This document shows positions 20,646 through 28,981 of a stretch of 64,000 bases of DNA, piece after piece; position 1 is the stretch's first letter, and each line of letters opens with the position of its first letter. Made by a program: the position numbers and the translations under genes. The stretch spans positions 160,001 through 224,000 of IMG/VR virus record IMGVR_UViG_3300031555_003590; one strand, 5' to 3'. The DNA is from a virus. Its lineage: Duplodnaviria > Caudoviricetes. The notes under the pieces are model-generated. The model had not been told where the DNA came from and made no database searches. It worked only from the letters and a program-made list of their open reading frames with translations.

Positions 20646-21755
20646 ATGGCTAAAACATTTGGTGAAATGATTTTAGAGTGTCAGAATTATGAATACTCTA
20701 AAGAAAATTATGAATTAACTAAAGAATGTTATGAAATTCAATTAATGTCTCAATATATTGAATCTCAAGAGTTTATGGTTGAGAATATGGCTGATATTCG
20801 TGAAGAGTATAAAGAGTTTGATGAAAGTTATTTTGGTGAATCAGTATCAAATAGTGAATTAGACATCATTTGTGAATCTTTTACAAATAAAGTAAAAAAA
20901 TTAGGTAAAAAAATATGGAATGGTTTAAAAGAATTTTGGAAAAAGTTTTGTAGTTTTTTTAAAAAACTTTTTGGTAAATCTGATAAAACTACAAAAAAAT
21001 GTAGTAACATAAAGGAAAAATTAGAAAATCTTAATATTAAAGATGTTGCAAAAGTATTAGGTATTATTGCTGGATATAATGTTGTAGTTAAAACAGGTAT
21101 AATGGTTGCACAAGATATTGAGATTGAAGAATCGAGTGTAATCGAAGGAATTACCGATGCAATGATTGATGCTGCTCATGGAGAATTATTTAGTAATATT
21201 TGGGATAAAATAAATAAAAAACTATCATATATTCCAACACAACCATTTGCTAAAAAAATTCATATAAAAGGACTTAACTCATCTAAATATAAATCTATCA
21301 TAAATGATTTATCAATCATTTTATCGGATGAAGATATAATTGTTAAATATATAGATAATTCTCCTATTATTGGTTTAGACTTATTTATCCATATTGGAGA
21401 TAAACTTATAAAATGTATGAAAAGTGATAGTAATGTAAGTTCTAAAGAAATTAATAATATTAAGAAACAAATTGATAATGAAGTTAATTATACGAACAAG
21501 CATGGTTGTAAAATTAATTTTAATACATCTGAGACTAAACAAAAACTTCAAGATATACAAGATATTGTTGATACATTATCTGTTGTATATTTTGATTATA
21601 ATCGAGATGGCGAATATAAAGAATTAAATGATGCTTATGCATTAATGCTTCAAATTGGTGGAAATATAATGTCAGCATATGATTCTATTGAAAAATATCG
21701 AAATTATGCTGGAACTAAACTTTCAGAAGCTATTAATAAAGTCGCCAGAGATTAA
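20646..21755 (+). CDS. internal head protein family member
   Basis: Start moved to ATG 20646 (AAGGAGG RBS); N-terminus MAKTFGEMILECQNYEYSKENYELTKEC aligns with MATTFKDFMVECELYPYSRDHYDLMKEC of 17857. Confidence 0.6.
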   Translation: MAKTFGEMILECQNYEYSKENYELTKECYEIQLMSQYIESQEFMVENMADIREEYKEFDESYFGESVSNSELDIICESFTNKVKKLGKKIWNGLKEFWKKFCSFFKKLFGKSDKTTKKCSNIKEKLENLNIKDVAKVLGIIAGYNVVVKTGIMVAQDIEIEESSVIEGITDAMIDAAHGELFSNIWDKINKKLSYIPTQPFAKKIHIKGLNSSKYKSIINDLSIILSDEDIIVKYIDNSPIIGLDLFIHIGDKLIKCMKSDSNVSSKEINNIKKQIDNEVNYTNKHGCKINFNTSETKQKLQDIQDIVDTLSVVYFDYNRDGEYKELNDAYALMLQIGGNIMSAYDSIEKYRNYAGTKLSEAINKVARD

Positions 21756-21804
21756 AAAATAATTAATTAAATTCTAAAATTTAAATTAATAAATAATTAA
21801 TGTA

Positions 21805-21830
21805 ATGGAGAGGGAATATTCCCTCTCCAT
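21805..21830. terminator. perfect 26-nt palindrome / terminator
   Basis: atggagagggaatattccctctccat. Confidence 0.7.
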
Positions 21831-21893
21831 ATAATTTTCTTTTATTTGAACCATAATAGATAAAATATAATAAATTAAGGAGGTGAGTAGTAA

Positions 21894-22334
21894 ATGTTAC
21901 ATGGAACATATTCTATTCCAGGAGTAATTGAAGAAAGTTTATGTAGAAATAGTAAAAGTTATAGATTTACTGATATAGGTGTATATCAAATTCATTCTAC
22001 ATCATTAATGCCAAATATTCCATTTGAAGCATCATCTATTCAACCAAAACCAATTGATTCATCTATATTTATCAATGATGAAGAAACTAAGTTAGATTTT
22101 GAATATACAATTCAATGTCAAAATTTTCTTACTACTAGATATATTGGTCGTGCACCATTAGAATGGTATGAAGGAGAACAAATGACATCTATGGGCAGAC
22201 AATTTATTTTAATTTGTCGAAATGGTAATCCTAAAGAAGAATATAGAGTATTTGGTACTGAAGCTGCAATTAGAGGTTATAATAAGAATGCTAGTGAAAT
22301 TACTACTCTACCTGGTGGAGGTGAGCAATATTAA
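21894..22334 (+). CDS. hypothetical (probable baseplate-region) protein
   Basis: 146 aa, AAGGAGGTGA RBS, TAATG-coupled to next gene. Confidence 0.7.
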   Translation: MLHGTYSIPGVIEESLCRNSKSYRFTDIGVYQIHSTSLMPNIPFEASSIQPKPIDSSIFINDEETKLDFEYTIQCQNFLTTRYIGRAPLEWYEGEQMTSMGRQFILICRNGNPKEEYRVFGTEAAIRGYNKNASEITTLPGGGEQY

Positions 22335-22729
22335 TGGCTTTACCTGATATTACTTATATGCATAATTATATTTCTCAAGGTAAAAAAGAAACTTTATCTT
22401 TGAAGAATTTTTATGAAACTATTTTAGTAGGAGATATTGATAATACTGAACATATTATTCGAATACCTATTGGTGATTTCTTTGTTAAATATAGAAATGA
22501 ATTAGATTCAATAGTTCAGTATTATAGTTTACCACAATCACTATTTTATAAACCTAAAAGTGTTAGTTATCAATTATATGGAACAACAGAGTTATGGTTA
22601 TCCTTATTAAGATTAAATAATATGAGAAACATTACTGAGTTTCATCAGCCTATTATTAAGATATACAATGCAAATTCTCTCAAAGAATTGATTGATATCT
22701 TCTTTAAGCGTGCAGGTGTTATATCTTAA
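22334..22729 (+). CDS. baseplate wedge protein, T4 gp53-like LysM-type fold
   Basis: YKPKSVSYQLYGTTELWLSLLRLNNM. Confidence 0.65.
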   Translation: MALPDITYMHNYISQGKKETLSLKNFYETILVGDIDNTEHIIRIPIGDFFVKYRNELDSIVQYYSLPQSLFYKPKSVSYQLYGTTELWLSLLRLNNMRNITEFHQPIIKIYNANSLKELIDIFFKRAGVIS

Positions 22730-22736
22730 TAACAGA

Positions 22737-22766
22737 AATAGTGGAGGGATAAATCCCTCCACTATT
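22737..22766. terminator. hairpin / terminator
   Basis: aatagtggagggat-aa-atccctccactatt. Confidence 0.7.
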
Positions 22767-22825
22767 GTATTAATTATTCAAGTATTTACTCATGACATCC
22801 TAATAACTGAAAAGAGGTGAGAATA

Positions 22826-24148
22826 ATGATTTCTAGAGATTCTAATTATAATCCATCTGTAGCTAATAAAAAAGTTAATTTACAAGGAATTCAATATGAA
22901 CGTAATGTGGATGCTGAATATGGAGAACATATTAAAAATACTGGAGCTATTTGTAATACATCAGCATCTCATACATACGGAAATGTAATGTCAGTAATTG
23001 AAAAATATATATTAGATATTTTTCCACAAGATTTATTTAAAACAATTACTGCTAGTACTACTCTTGCAAGTAGACAAGTTACACACCTACCTAGGCAACT
23101 TCATAAAAAAGAACTACCTATCATGGTATTAGTTCCTAGAATTTCATTTGGTCAAGGTGATGATAGATTTCTTGCACATACTCAAATAAATGATAGATTT
23201 ACTAATACACATGCTTTTTATGGAGATGGATCATTATTACCATTAGCAGAAGATCCTAGAAAGAGTATATATGTACATGGTCATTACAATAGAGCAGTAA
23301 TGTTCATTGATATAATTATGACATTTAATACATTTGCAGAACAAATAAATTATATGTCATATATTCATAATATGATTCCAGTTGGACATAATCAATTTGT
23401 TAGAGCACCATTAGAATTATACATACCTGAAGAATTTTGTAATTTATTAGGTAATGTAAGTAAAGTAAATGTTCATGATAAAGATGATTCAGTATATAAT
23501 TTTTTAACATATATGAATAGTATATGGCATTATCCTATTACATATAAACTAAAAGGCGGATCTAATACTGATGAATTTTTCATGTATTATATAGCTGATA
23601 TTGATACAACATTTCAGGAACCACAAGCAGGTACTGGAATAAAAGATGGCCAAATTAGAAGAGGATATGATATCACATTCACAGTTAAATGTGAATTTAA
23701 TACTATTGGATATTTAACTTTAAATAGTCCTGATATGAAAAAACAGATTCATATTCCAACCAAGAATGATGATGCAATTATACCAATTTTTTCTGATGTT
23801 ATTAATTTAGATGACTTTAATCTTCCAGTTGGTTGGTCTATTTTAGGATGGCCTATATTTAAACTTAAACAGGGTGAAAATAGTATCTCTATTGATAATA
23901 TTTTAAATCAATCACTTCGAATAGTTATTGATCATCACCTAAAATTAGGAATTCCAATGGAACGATTTATTAAAGTGCAATTCAGAGAAAATGGTCAAAT
24001 TCTTAATAATGAATTATTTTATATTGATTGGGTTAATCGAGAATTAATTTTAACTAATCCTAATCAACGAAGGACCTATCGTTTGATTATTACTGTATCC
24101 CATGATTATATAAATAATCTAATTAAAGAATTATATCAATTAGAATAA
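22826..24148 (+). CDS. probable virion structural protein
   Basis: ATG 22826 after GAGGTGA RBS; structural neighbourhood; GACA-N6-TA at 22794. Confidence 0.55.
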   Translation: MISRDSNYNPSVANKKVNLQGIQYERNVDAEYGEHIKNTGAICNTSASHTYGNVMSVIEKYILDIFPQDLFKTITASTTLASRQVTHLPRQLHKKELPIMVLVPRISFGQGDDRFLAHTQINDRFTNTHAFYGDGSLLPLAEDPRKSIYVHGHYNRAVMFIDIIMTFNTFAEQINYMSYIHNMIPVGHNQFVRAPLELYIPEEFCNLLGNVSKVNVHDKDDSVYNFLTYMNSIWHYPITYKLKGGSNTDEFFMYYIADIDTTFQEPQAGTGIKDGQIRRGYDITFTVKCEFNTIGYLTLNSPDMKKQIHIPTKNDDAIIPIFSDVINLDDFNLPVGWSILGWPIFKLKQGENSISIDNILNQSLRIVIDHHLKLGIPMERFIKVQFRENGQILNNELFYIDWVNRELILTNPNQRRTYRLIITVSHDYINNLIKELYQLE

Positions 24149-24172
24149 TAAGGAAAGGGGATAAATATTAAA

Positions 24173-25570
24173 ATGTATACTTATAATGATTTATTTGAAT
24201 TTGATTCATTTGATATTAAAGATTATATTAGTGAATCATATTTTAATGTTGATCAATTTTTAATTCAAGAAGCTAATGAAGTTAAAAAGAAAAATATAAT
24301 TCAAAAGTTATGGAGTTTAATTAAAAGGATATGTAGAGTTATTGCAGCTAAAGTTAGAGAATTGACTCATGCATTTATATCTATTTTTAAAACTAAAAAA
24401 GTTAATGATAAAACATTAGATCAAATTGCTGAATATATTTTAGGCATCTCTGATAGTGAGCCAGGTAGTAAACATCTTCGTTTTAGATATGATAATGATA
24501 AAAGAATTACTATTAATTATGTTGCAAATACAATAAAGAAATTAGTTAAAGAACCTGAAATTGCTGGACATGCTAAAGATGATCGTCCAGAACAAAATGC
24601 AATTATGTTAGTATTTCATCTTATTAAACGTCCAGATTTATTAGATCCTATTATTGAAATGCTTGAAAGTATTCGAGCTAATAATGGTGAAATTACTTTT
24701 GAAGAAAAGAGAATGAAACATGCTATTGATGGTGTATGGGCAGGTCTAACTATGGGCTTTGGTTGTACTATTACACTAGAACAATGGACTATTTTAAATG
24801 ATAGAATTGTAAGATTGAATAAAGCTATGGAAGTTGTTGATGAAGACACTTTTATGGCAATTACTATTCATAATAAAGATTCTTCTGGTGTTAGTAATTC
24901 TTTTGCAAATATGTTGAATGAATTGGTCCGCATAACATCATTTGTACAAAAGGGAATTAATTATGTCGGTGATAGTATGCGTCAAATTTATGATCTTGAT
25001 GAAAAGTTTCATAATAAAATTGATGTATCTAACTTCAAAGAAAAACTTCCTTTATTTGTAAAAATGTGTGTTGAAAGTAATATTCCATCTAAATATATTT
25101 ATAATGCCATTCATCAAATTTGTGATATTAGTATTAATTCTAATCCTAAAGATCCAACTAAAAAAGATGAACAGCCTCCTGCATTAAAAGGTAATGGTAG
25201 ATTTGTTATATTTCCAAGTGATCCTTCTCTGGAAGGTAAAATTATTAAAGTTGCATATAATGGATTAGGATCTAGAGGAAATATGAATGAATTTAAAGTA
25301 TGGAATATAGTAAAAGATATTCCAGAAATAGCTAATGAATTGTATCATATTTATGATATTGGCGATAATAATTATTATGTAATTCTTACAGATAGAGCTG
25401 ATGTTAGTGAACGAATGTCTGAAAATGAAACTATTACATGGAATGAACGAATGAAAGAAATGTGTATTAAAAATAACATTGGTTTCATTATTCGTTGTAA
25501 CTCAGGTGGATTTGGTAAAATAAATGGTAGATGGGTATGCGTTGACTATGGTAATGTTCATCGTTTATAA
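24173..25570 (+). CDS. internal head-like protein with degenerate C-terminal kinase-like domain
   Basis: IQEA plus amphipathic helix; GNGR, IIKVA, NMNEF, CVDYG; catalytic-loop Asp absent. Confidence 0.55.
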   Translation: MYTYNDLFEFDSFDIKDYISESYFNVDQFLIQEANEVKKKNIIQKLWSLIKRICRVIAAKVRELTHAFISIFKTKKVNDKTLDQIAEYILGISDSEPGSKHLRFRYDNDKRITINYVANTIKKLVKEPEIAGHAKDDRPEQNAIMLVFHLIKRPDLLDPIIEMLESIRANNGEITFEEKRMKHAIDGVWAGLTMGFGCTITLEQWTILNDRIVRLNKAMEVVDEDTFMAITIHNKDSSGVSNSFANMLNELVRITSFVQKGINYVGDSMRQIYDLDEKFHNKIDVSNFKEKLPLFVKMCVESNIPSKYIYNAIHQICDISINSNPKDPTKKDEQPPALKGNGRFVIFPSDPSLEGKIIKVAYNGLGSRGNMNEFKVWNIVKDIPEIANELYHIYDIGDNNYYVILTDRADVSERMSENETITWNERMKEMCIKNNIGFIIRCNSGGFGKINGRWVCVDYGNVHRL

Positions 25571-25659
25571 TTTATATTATTTATAATAAGTAACATTCCC
25601 TTAATAGTATTAAGACATTTATATACTAAAAATTATTTTTGTAAAGGAGCGATTTAATC

Positions 25660-26838
25660 ATGAATAAGGGTCTATTTGATTTGACTAATTTTGAGTCTAA
25701 ATCTGATGATGATATCATTAATATGAATATCAACGAATCTGCTAAAAAATGGGATGGTCCTAGTGTAAAGTATTCAGAATATGATAAAATGAGTAAAGAA
25801 GAAAAAGAAGAGTTTCAGAAGAAAGTTAAAGAGCATTTAGATAAGAAAAAGAATGAATCTAAGAATGATGAATCACATAATGAAAGTACAATTTTTGATT
25901 TTTTAGATGCCATTTTTAATGAAGGAGCTTCTGAGTTTGCTCATCATAATCCTGATACTAATCATCCTAGTGATACTTTTGATAGCACTGCTCTTTCTGG
26001 TAATGAACAACCTATTTCTATTCCTGGTGGCTTAAAAGAGACTCCTAATGCTAAACCTTATGATGCTTCTAGTGTTACTATTCCTGGCGGAGATAGCGAA
26101 ACTCCTAAAGCTAAGCCTTATGATTCCGCTAGCATTTCTGTACCTAGTAAAACCATTTTAACTACAGCTGAATGGGATACTGCTATGGCTGCTTTAAAGA
26201 AGAGCTTTAAAGAAGGCGTAGAAATTATGGAAATGTTAGAAAAAGTTATTGTAGTTGAAAAGACCACTGAACAACTTCAAGAAGAATATGTTGAAAGTGT
26301 TATTGGTGATCAATTATTAGCTGCATATGAAGATGGTCCTGTATTTGAAGCAGTTGATCGTAAAGATAAAGATGATGTAAAATCTTTAGTTAAAGATCTA
26401 AGAGAAAAGATGCCTGAAATGGCTAAGAAATATAATATTAAATTTAAGCCTCCAAAGACATTTTTAAGATTATTACTTAATTCTAGTGCAACAATTAATA
26501 CATCTGAAACATCTAAATATCATGTAGCAGATAGAGTAAATTGGTGGACTACTAGATTCTGGCAGGTACTTGGTGTAGTATATGCTGATAATGCTGATAT
26601 TAAAACAGTTATCGAAAGTATGAATGAAGATCTAAAGGATACTCTTGGTGAGTATAGAATTCTTTATTCAATGTCATTCAAAGGTCTATATGATCTTTGG
26701 AATACCAAGTTTGGGTGGAAGAATAGAAATGAAGTATTTTTCTTAATTGTTGATAAAACATTGCCTAAAGAACTAAAAGCAATTCAAACAGATATGGAAG
26801 AAGCTTTAAATAAAAAAGAAGAAAAGAAAGAAAAGTAA
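25660..26838 (+). CDS. probable virion protein with short internal repeat
   Basis: Multiple NES/FEA motifs; AACA-N6-TA at 25592. Confidence 0.55.
   Translation: MNKGLFDLTNFESKSDDDIINMNINESAKKWDGPSVKYSEYDKMSKEEKEEFQKKVKEHLDKKKNESKNDESHNESTIFDFLDAIFNEGASEFAHHNPDTNHPSDTFDSTALSGNEQPISIPGGLKETPNAKPYDASSVTIPGGDSETPKAKPYDSASISVPSKTILTTAEWDTAMAALKKSFKEGVEIMEMLEKVIVVEKTTEQLQEEYVESVIGDQLLAAYEDGPVFEAVDRKDKDDVKSLVKDLREKMPEMAKKYNIKFKPPKTFLRLLLNSSATINTSETSKYHVADRVNWWTTRFWQVLGVVYADNADIKTVIESMNEDLKDTLGEYRILYSMSFKGLYDLWNTKFGWKNRNEVFFLIVDKTLPKELKAIQTDMEEALNKKEEKKEK
26014..26143 (+). repeat. two imperfect 60-nt (20-aa) tandem repeats
   Basis: ISIPGGLKETPNAKPYDASS / VTIPGGDSETPKAKPYDSAS. Confidence 0.75.
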
Positions 26839-26851
26839 TTAAATAAAAAAT

Positions 26852-26880
26852 AAATAGGAGAGGGATTTCCTCTCCTATTT
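26852..26880. terminator. bidirectional terminator between convergent genes
   Basis: aaataggagagg-gattt-cctctcctattt. Confidence 0.75.
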
Positions 26881-26883
26881 ATT

Positions 26884-27099
26884 TTATTCTATACAATCTT
26901 TATTTAAGTCTTCTACAATGTTAGCAGTAAATACAGCTTCATCACTAACACCCATAATATCATCAAATGATAATTGTTCAGATTCTTTTACACCAGGCAT
27001 TTTCTTTTCTACAAAATTATCAATCTTATTTATAATAGATGATTTAATACTACCAATATAAGTATTATGAGTATTGCCCTTGTTATCATAGAATTTCAT
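26884..27099 (-). CDS. hypothetical protein
   Basis: 71 aa, AAGGAGG RBS. Confidence 0.7.
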   Translation of the reverse strand: MKFYDNKGNTHNTYIGSIKSSIINKIDNFVEKKMPGVKESEQLSFDDIMGVSDEAVFTANIVEDLNKDCIE

Positions 27100-27116
27100 T
27101 TAATTATCCTCCTTTA

Positions 27117-27324
27117 TTAATGTTTATTTCTTCCTAATAATATTATATTATATATCGATATATTTTTAGAACCATCTTCTAGTTTAGATGATATAAAATC
27201 GATAACAGAATTAATATCTTCAAATGTTTTTTATTTTTTCTTTACGAGATAATTGTATGGTCCCTTTACATGACGTTAAATATTTATCATTGGTAAACTC
27301 ATATGCAATTAAATAATCATACAT
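27117..27324 (-). pseudogene. small gene interrupted by +1 frameshift in an A-run
   Basis: MYDYLIAYEF...SRKEKIK then TFEDINSVIDF...GRNKH* in the next frame; break in GAAAAAATAAAAAAC; fills the intergenic gap. Confidence 0.55.
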
Positions 27325-27336
27325 TAACAATTTTCA

Positions 27337-28221
27337 TCATTCCTTATATTCAAATATTTGTTTACCTTTATTATCATATATAGTAATAGTATATGATAAT
27401 TCAGCCATTCTAATAAATCTACTAAACAATTGTGCAGACAATGATTTTTTACCATTAATAGTAGTCATCATATTATTAATAGTATAATCATCTACCTCAT
27501 CTGACTTTAATGTATTTTTAGTTATATTCTCCATAATCATTAATATTTTGATAATCTTTTTAAATGGATCATCTTTAGTATTAATGATAGTATCAAATTT
27601 AACAATACCAGTATCAAATTCATTTTTTGGATATCGATATGTTAATAATTTCTTTTTATTATTATAAACTTCAATTACATAATTGATATGAAGTATAACA
27701 TCTGTCCATATATGCCATTTATCTAATCGCATAAATGTAATTCGAATTAATGCAGCATAATAATTCTCAATCATCTTTTCAGATAATTTAGGAGATGCCA
27801 TATCATATAAATCAATCATTGTAATTTGTTTTTGATTAATAACACCTTTAATACATTGAGTAAACATATTATCCTCATCAGTTATTTGAGGCTTTAATAT
27901 AGTATCATTTTCACTACGACGTTGTTGATATAACACTTTATTTGCAACATCTTTATTTATGTTAGATGATATAGTATTAATATCAATTTTAGTTACATCA
28001 ATATCAAATCGTTTATCGATTGCAAAATTTGAAATATATGTTTTATTTCCATCCCATACTGGAAAATATCCTGTTCTAGGATTAGCCCTGTTTTCTATTT
28101 TAGAATAATAGAATAATCTACCATTATTGTCATAATATAATTTTCCTTCTATTGGATTATTGGTATTAAAATCTCCATATACTTCAAATGTTTTATTATT
28201 ACTGGGGATAATTCCAATCAT
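27337..28221 (-). CDS. hypothetical protein
   Basis: 294 aa, AGGTGA RBS, TATATATTAT motif upstream. Confidence 0.8.
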   Translation of the reverse strand: MIGIIPSNNKTFEVYGDFNTNNPIEGKLYYDNNGRLFYYSKIENRANPRTGYFPVWDGNKTYISNFAIDKRFDIDVTKIDINTISSNINKDVANKVLYQQRRSENDTILKPQITDEDNMFTQCIKGVINQKQITMIDLYDMASPKLSEKMIENYYAALIRITFMRLDKWHIWTDVILHINYVIEVYNNKKKLLTYRYPKNEFDTGIVKFDTIINTKDDPFKKIIKILMIMENITKNTLKSDEVDDYTINNMMTTINGKKSLSAQLFSRFIRMAELSYTITIYDNKGKQIFEYKE

Positions 28222-28281
28222 TTAATCACCTACCATTTCAATTATAATTTATTAATATTCAATATAATAATATATAAATAA

Positions 28282-28313
28282 AATACAGGAGACCTATAAT
28301 GGTCTCCTGTATT
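28282..28313. terminator. hairpin / terminator
   Basis: aatacaggagacc-tataat-ggtctcctgtatt. Confidence 0.7.
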
Positions 28314-28320
28314 ATTAATA

Positions 28321-28980
28321 TTATATTTTAGGTAAAATATCCACATTTGGTAATGGAAAATCATTACTATTGTTAATAGTATTATTAATACCTTTATTAT
28401 CTTTATTTACAAATCCATTATACATACATAATGCAATAGAATCGACATCTAATTTTCCAATATTAAACACTAATGAAGTTAACTCATTAATTGTTAACAG
28501 TACACTAGATTGTTCATTATTAAATTTCATCTTGATTCCTTCTACTCTGCTTTCATCTGGTTGTACAATTACAACTGCAGATAATTCAACAGTAGTATTG
28601 CCAATCATAAATACTCTACGTATATTTTCAGCTAATGATTCATTTAGTTCTAACCGTTTACCATGATAAGTATATAATTCAGGTTTCTTCATATCCTGTT
28701 GAATACCATATAATTCTTCATATAATATTGGTAAATTATATTTGGTCATAACTAAATTATCATTTGGATTCCATGGAGCTTTAATACGATTACCATTTTC
28801 ATCAGTTTCAATAGCTCTAGTAATGGTAAGTCCAACTAATGGATTTATATTTAAACTAGTAAATTTATTTCCTTCATATATACTATTATATTCAGAATTT
28901 TTATCATCAACAATGATTCTAACTTCCATATATAATTTACTAACTATATTTAATACGCGATATTTTACTGTATGCTTCAT
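28321..28980 (-). CDS. hypothetical protein co-transcribed with RNAP beta
   Basis: 219 aa, GAGGAGG RBS, starts 1 nt after RNAP exon 3 stop. Confidence 0.8.
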   Translation of the reverse strand: MKHTVKYRVLNIVSKLYMEVRIIVDDKNSEYNSIYEGNKFTSLNINPLVGLTITRAIETDENGNRIKAPWNPNDNLVMTKYNLPILYEELYGIQQDMKKPELYTYHGKRLELNESLAENIRRVFMIGNTTVELSAVVIVQPDESRVEGIKMKFNNEQSSVLLTINELTSLVFNIGKLDVDSIALCMYNGFVNKDNKGINNTINNSNDFPLPNVDILPKI

Positions 28981-28981
28981 T

